From NCBI GenBank assembly GCA_965222605.1, contig OZ244960.1:5504001-5568000 (forward strand): DNA of 64,000 bases, read 5' to 3'. The notes beneath the pieces are model-generated. The model ran no database searches, was not told the DNA's origin, and saw only the letters and a list, made by a program, of their open reading frames with translations. The position numbers were made by a program, and so were the translations under genes. This document shows, piece after piece, positions 59,434 to 64,000 of the stretch. Source of the stretch: Candidatus Latescibacterota bacterium (GTDB lineage: Bacteria > Latescibacterota > UBA2968). How positions within the stretch are numbered: the stretch's first letter is position 1; every line of letters begins with the position of its first letter.

Positions 59434-59842
59434 AATCGATTTAAACCGCTTCCACCTGTGCCACACGAATCAATGGCGTCGGAAGAGAGAGGAACAGGTC
59501 TCGACTTGGCCAATAAAGCTCTCGAAAATCCGAGAATTTCATCGGCAGTCTCGTCCTTCTCGGAGAACGCTATGAGCAGTTCGGCGATCTGTTCGTCTGG
59601 CAGATTACTTTCCAGGATTGCACTCAGACATTGTTCAGACTCATCGGCTTGGAGAGATTCACCCTCTCTGAGTTTATCAATGTATTTCGAGATCATAGGA
59701 GGTTCCGCCTTATAGTTTCTCTCAGCTCTTCTACAGTGATCTGCCAGCACTTCTCAGAGATTATCTCGCGTCGAATGGCCGAAGGAGCGCAGCGACTGAA
59801 GCACGGACACATGGTTAAGCGTCCGTGTTGTTTTTTGTTATC

Positions 59843-61003
59843 TTATTTTTGGGTGGGAAATAAGTGTTGCAGAGAATTCTTGGCAGATAGCGTATCATCA
59901 AATGGTTCGATTTTATTATTCTCAACAATAACTGATGAACGATCTATTGGAGCAACATCAATTTCAACAACTAATATCTTTGGATCGTTGGTATAAAAAA
60001 CATTGTTCACAACAGTGTTATCCCTCCCTGTTGGAGCAGGGATATTTTTCTGATCAAGATAGTCCACCCTTACTGGATCGTCCGTTTTTTTATTTAAAAT
60101 CTGAATATATCGAGTCAGGTTCTTATTAGATCCGATGAATTTATTATCCTTTATGATGTTGGCAAATCCCGCTAGTTTGACAACCTCTTCATTGTAGGAT
60201 TTTTCATAACAGTATAGAATATTATTCCGGACGGTTACAAATGAGGCCGCGTATTTGATATCGATATATTGCCCCAGTAATCCCGGTCCCAATATGCTTT
60301 CCTCAATTATGATATTATGGGCTCTTGCCATTTTTCCTCTTTCTTCAAGCCCTTTTGATGAACCAATATAAAAGCCTTCTCCTTCATGAGCGTTATAATC
60401 TTTATCCAGCCATTCTCCAATATGATGGATTTTCATTCTTCTAAAGGTGTTATGGTGACTTTCATTCCTGATAGCTACAGCAGTGTTATGTGTATGATGT
60501 ATATGCACATCTTCAATAATATTATGGTGTGATCCCGATCCCAATAAATATAAACCGATACGAAAACCATGCGTGTTCCAATACCCCTTGTATAGAGACA
60601 CTTTCTTCCCGGTTATTTCTATGCGGGAAATGTTCCAGAACGAGCCACTTAGTTTGATTGCTACCAAATCCTCTTCCTTTTTTTGGCCAACTGTGGAAAT
60701 TACAGCATATCGACCCTGGCCTGTGCTGTCTTTTGATGTAAGGGTGATTCTATTTTTATCGGACCCATTTGCATGTAGCTTAAAACTCTTATCGATTTCA
60801 TACACTTTGCCGCCCTGAAGCACAATCGTATCACCTGGCTTGACGGTATCCAATGCATCGTAAACATCCTTGCTTGTAGCGCATTGATAAATATCGTTAT
60901 CGCTAGCGTAAAGCACATTGATATTGGCAATCAACAGGGAAAAGGAAATAATCAAAGGGGGCAAGAGTCGTTTAGGGGCTAAATTGTTAATGACGTTTTT
61001 CAT
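59843..61003 (-). CDS. secreted right-handed beta-helix protein (pectate-lyase-like fold)
   Basis: KPGDTIVL, HHNIIEDVHIHH, GEGFYIGS; markedly AT-rich. Confidence 0.72.
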   Translation of the reverse strand: MKNVINNLAPKRLLPPLIISFSLLIANINVLYASDNDIYQCATSKDVYDALDTVKPGDTIVLQGGKVYEIDKSFKLHANGSDKNRITLTSKDSTGQGRYAVISTVGQKKEEDLVAIKLSGSFWNISRIEITGKKVSLYKGYWNTHGFRIGLYLLGSGSHHNIIEDVHIHHTHNTAVAIRNESHHNTFRRMKIHHIGEWLDKDYNAHEGEGFYIGSSKGLEERGKMARAHNIIIEESILGPGLLGQYIDIKYAASFVTVRNNILYCYEKSYNEEVVKLAGFANIIKDNKFIGSNKNLTRYIQILNKKTDDPVRVDYLDQKNIPAPTGRDNTVVNNVFYTNDPKILVVEIDVAPIDRSSVIVENNKIEPFDDTLSAKNSLQHLFPTQK

Positions 61004-61024
61004 ACATCCCGCACCATATCGTTC

Positions 61025-61813
61025 TCAGCCGGCAAAGTCATGGATTCTTTGATATACGCTCAATTTGGCCTGATCCAATTCATGCCCATATTCATGGAAA
61101 AACAAAGGAATCCACTCATTCCCAAGATTTCTGCGGATGGTGTAGTAAGCTGCGACAAAATCGAGATATCGATCTCCGACTCCCGCATAGCCCAAATCAA
61201 TGTAGCCACTTAAACGACCATCGTGGATCATTACGTTGGGTAGGCAATAATCCCCATGGGTGAATACCAGATCCTCTGGTGGCAGGTCGGCCCGTATGCT
61301 GTCCAGCTCATCCCGAAGAATATTCCTCGTTTTACCATTTGGTACCTGACCGTCCAGTACGCCTGAGTCAATCAAGTTTGTCGCCCATGCAAAATAGCGT
61401 TCCATGCGCCAATCCAGGGGGCACGAATCGCCCCCTATCGCGTGAATTTCACGAAGGCCATGAGCAAACAGGCGTACGAGACCCGGAGCATCACTTTTGG
61501 CATCTTGGTGGATACCAGATACACCAGCGATTTGGGTCATGAGCAGATACTGAGTGTCACCTTCTTCGTGGAAGCAGACTACGCGAGGCACGTTCAATTT
61601 CCCCTGGAGCCAGGACATTGCCGTTTTCTCGGCCAGAAGATCGGATTCTTGTGGTGCCGTACGCGTACCTCGTAATTTGAGGAACAAATTCTGTTTGCGT
61701 GGGTGAGTGTACCGGAACACATCGGCACACGATGCTGTCCGGAGATTTTCCCCATCTGACTTAAAACCCGCCAGATGAGCTTGGACAGCAGTTGGAAGAT
61801 TTTCGACTTTCAA
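61025..61813 (-). CDS. aminoglycoside 3'-phosphotransferase-like protein
   Basis: LFLK, VPRV, LVFTHGDYCLPNV, GYIDLG, GDRYLD. Confidence 0.85.
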   Translation of the reverse strand: MKVENLPTAVQAHLAGFKSDGENLRTASCADVFRYTHPRKQNLFLKLRGTRTAPQESDLLAEKTAMSWLQGKLNVPRVVCFHEEGDTQYLLMTQIAGVSGIHQDAKSDAPGLVRLFAHGLREIHAIGGDSCPLDWRMERYFAWATNLIDSGVLDGQVPNGKTRNILRDELDSIRADLPPEDLVFTHGDYCLPNVMIHDGRLSGYIDLGYAGVGDRYLDFVAAYYTIRRNLGNEWIPLFFHEYGHELDQAKLSVYQRIHDFAG

Positions 61814-61851
61814 TGCTCAACTCCCGACTAAGCTACTCTCAAATGCATTTC

Positions 61852-61870
61852 ACATAACCAGGGGATTAAC
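61852..61870 (-). repeat. right half (L'/R') of an integron attC-like site
   Basis: GTTAAT-CCCCTG-GTTATGT about 40 nt upstream of the aph-like start. Confidence 0.45.
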
Positions 61871-61893
61871 GACTAGCGGTCTCAGCAGGTCAT

Positions 61894-62000
61894 TTACGTC
61901 GCTAAGATATTGTCGATTGTCTGCAGTTCGTCCTCGGTGAAATTCAAGTTGTCGAGGACACCGAGGCTGTCCTCGATTTGTTCGGGGCGGCAAGTCGTTA
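61894..62000 (-). pseudogene. aldo/keto reductase 3' stub
   Basis: RPEQIEDSLGVLDNLNFTEDELQTIDNILA* matches an AKR C-terminal motif. Confidence 0.75.
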
Positions 62001-62011
62001 TACGATCTTCC

Positions 62012-63535
62012 CTACTGCTCCTCTCCGCGTCCATGGCGCGCGACGTCATACATTCCTCGAGCCATATCTCTAAGAAGCGCAAGCTGGTCTCCGTCCTTTG
62101 CATAAAGGTCATTATGTGTCCTACCTTCTAGGAATACGAAATGCGCTTGGGCATCCAGTTCCCTCAGTACCTCTCGGAGTTTGTAAACGGACTTCTCCAG
62201 ATAATGATCGTCAACCGTTCCGACGAATATGTGGAGTTTTCCGTTCAGATGCTCCTGTAGATCTTCCCAATGTTTCGAGATAAACCTTGAAATGTCGTAG
62301 TTATCCCTCCAGTAGCTTACGACTTCTCGATGTACTCTACCGTCCGCGCGATCAAACATCTCAAGCGGTGTGCCATCGGGCCCACGCGGTGAAAAGACCC
62401 ATTCCCAATGTCGGAAGATACCTCCATCAGGGCTGAGCAGACTCTCGAGTCTTGCAGAGTCGCGAGTGGTCGTGATGATTCGGTTGCGGTCCCGGGCAAT
62501 TCCTCGCAGGATCCCCTTCTCGTCTTGATAGAGGTTCGCACCAAACTCGTAGAGGTTGGTATTGAGAAACGCTCTAAAATCGAGAGAGTCAGGAGCGGTA
62601 GCCCAGGCACCACCAAATACCTTTGGATACCGCACCTGAAGCCATACGGAGGCCCACCCTCCTGAGCTGTGGCCCGTTAGCAAACGGCCAGATGAACGCG
62701 CATCCATCCTATAGCGCTGCTCCAACGCGGGGATCAGTTCCTCAGTCAGTGCCGATCCCCAAGGCCCATTATTCGCGCTATCCGCATACAACGTCGGACC
62801 GTTGGGCGTTGAATAGTCGAGGAATACCCATATCATCGGGTAGTCATTGGAAATGCCGGCCTGATAGACGTAATTTGCGAGATCAAAATTGCTCTTGTGC
62901 GTTGCGCCGAAGACGCCGTTTACGTAAACAGTCGGCCAAGTCTTTCTCGCGTCTTCTCTGTAGTCATCAGGCAAAAGCACCCAGGCGCGTAGGGCCACCG
63001 AGTGGTCCCAGAACGACTTAAGAAAGTTGCTTTGGAGCTTAAACTCTTGAAGATGGGGTTGGACAGAGGCTCGCCTTGCGTTGTCCGATTCACATTCACT
63101 TGAAGAGTCCCATTTCACACTCTCTGGGATCTGGTCGGCAAGGGTGAGTGTTACCGATTGCCCAAGAGGGAACTCGACCCTCTCCACGACAGAGAAGAGA
63201 TCACCTGGACCGCCTTGATCGTGATTGTATCTGTTGTCTCGACTTAGCACCGCCTGCATTCGATAACTACCCGCTGGCAAGGTGGAAAGGGCTGTGGGAA
63301 ACACGTTAGTCGATGTGTTCACTTTGACAAGGCGGTCGCTTCCCCACGCCACAATGTCCTGAGCAGCGACGTACATGTTGCCGGGAAATACGGCGTTGAC
63401 TTCAAGTCTTCTCTTCACTGTCCCGTCATCTGGTTCAACAAGAAGAAGCAGTCGACCGGAAGAATCTGCACTGAACGCCTCTGAGAGAGCCACGAACACA
63501 GTCCCACTCATTTTTCCTGGTCGTATCTTCTCCAT
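62012..63535 (-). CDS. putative esterase (enterochelin-esterase-like alpha/beta hydrolase)
   Basis: WVLLPDDY, DSANNGPWG, GHSSGG. Confidence 0.82.
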   Translation of the reverse strand: MEKIRPGKMSGTVFVALSEAFSADSSGRLLLLVEPDDGTVKRRLEVNAVFPGNMYVAAQDIVAWGSDRLVKVNTSTNVFPTALSTLPAGSYRMQAVLSRDNRYNHDQGGPGDLFSVVERVEFPLGQSVTLTLADQIPESVKWDSSSECESDNARRASVQPHLQEFKLQSNFLKSFWDHSVALRAWVLLPDDYREDARKTWPTVYVNGVFGATHKSNFDLANYVYQAGISNDYPMIWVFLDYSTPNGPTLYADSANNGPWGSALTEELIPALEQRYRMDARSSGRLLTGHSSGGWASVWLQVRYPKVFGGAWATAPDSLDFRAFLNTNLYEFGANLYQDEKGILRGIARDRNRIITTTRDSARLESLLSPDGGIFRHWEWVFSPRGPDGTPLEMFDRADGRVHREVVSYWRDNYDISRFISKHWEDLQEHLNGKLHIFVGTVDDHYLEKSVYKLREVLRELDAQAHFVFLEGRTHNDLYAKDGDQLALLRDMARGMYDVARHGRGEEQ

Positions 63536-63548
63536 GAGCTGGCATTTC

Positions 63549-63623
63549 GCATAACGTTTTCGCCGTGCCTGAACCGCGAAGCGGTTGGGCGCAGGCGCCG
63601 AAGCCGAGGGCACGATGTTAGGC
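63549..63623 (-). repeat. integron attC-like site (degenerate)
   Basis: R'' GCCTAAC 17 nt after a stop codon, R' GTTATGC 13 nt before the next ATG, internal AACCGC-TTC-GCGGTT hairpin. Confidence 0.6.
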
Positions 63624-63639
63624 GGCGTGTTGATCGTCT

Positions 63640-64000
63640 CTATAGAAGTGATCTGATCTCACCAACCGCTAACGGTAGTCTCCGAATCTGCCCTTCGAAG
63701 TCAAAGCGTGAGAGCACTGAGGTGTTCACCCTTCCCGGTTTCTCAATATAGTGCGACAGCTTATCAGCATAGTAGACCGCCCAGACGACTCCGAATGTTT
63801 CCCGGTCTCCGACTGAGAGTGGCCGCTCAGAAAGATAGCCTCGTAGGAAATCCAGCATCTCTTTCTCCAATAGAGATCGTCCCCCAATGAGATCATTCAT
63901 TAGCCATCTGTGTTGGACCATTGCAAGATCTACAGTAGCTGGAGCAAAAGAGCTGTAGACGTCGGTGAAACCGACTTTCTCTCCATCCGTGTGGACGTTG
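63640..64000 (-). CDS. 3' end of a phosphotransferase-like gene (runs in from outside the window)
   Basis: NVHTDGEKVGFTD..DLA..FLRGYLSERPLS. Confidence 0.55.
   Translation of the reverse strand, partial: NVHTDGEKVGFTDVYSSFAPATVDLAMVQHRWLMNDLIGGRSLLEKEMLDFLRGYLSERPLSVGDRETFGVVWAVYYADKLSHYIEKPGRVNTSVLSRFDFEGQIRRLPLAVGEIRSLL

Larger units (their letters stand above)
56960..59696 (-). pseudogene. trpD: anthranilate phosphoribosyltransferase interrupted by an IS
   Basis: DSCGTGGSGLNR|FNISTT..KHGN..GSFD, DEIS; the frame is restored by removing 57723-59433 and one TSD copy. Confidence 0.92.

Noticed and set aside
59780-59840. CACGGAC..GTCCGTG hairpin upstream of trpD as a trp attenuator or T-box
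   Set aside because: No Trp-rich leader peptide or T-box motif found; the T-tract is on the opposite strand.
1-64000. Whole array as a classical integron or a CRISPR array
   Set aside because: No intI, no recurring attC or direct repeat between most genes, no cas genes; attC-like traces are limited to a few cassettes.

Overview
A 64-kb accessory region made almost entirely of co-oriented (mostly minus-strand) catabolic genes whose base composition and codon style change visibly from gene to gene. It holds 8 apparently intact Cys-type sulfatases, 7 PhyH-family dioxygenase domains and one TauD-family Fe(II)/2OG dioxygenase. It also has 3 Gfo/Idh/MocA oxidoreductases, 2 aldo/keto reductases, several polysaccharide-lyase-like and glycosidase-like proteins, rhaM, a RidA-family gene and a peptidase M55. 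This content resembles marine Latescibacterota/Poribacteria/PVC genomes (inference only). Mobile DNA: one intact tnpB-only IS200/IS605 element (52130-53410), a second copy with an internal deletion (15435-16274), an ISKra4-like IS interrupting an orphan trpD, and degenerate integron attC-like sites toward the right end. The most striking signal is that the spacers between genes are repeatedly filled with short 5' or 3' stubs of other genes (about 15 cases). Three stubs are slightly diverged copies of the ends of intact genes a few kb away, and two of them differ mainly at synonymous positions. This points to a high-turnover gene array that is shuffled gene by gene through short-homology or illegitimate recombination. 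I found no integrase, rRNA, tRNA or CRISPR array in the window.
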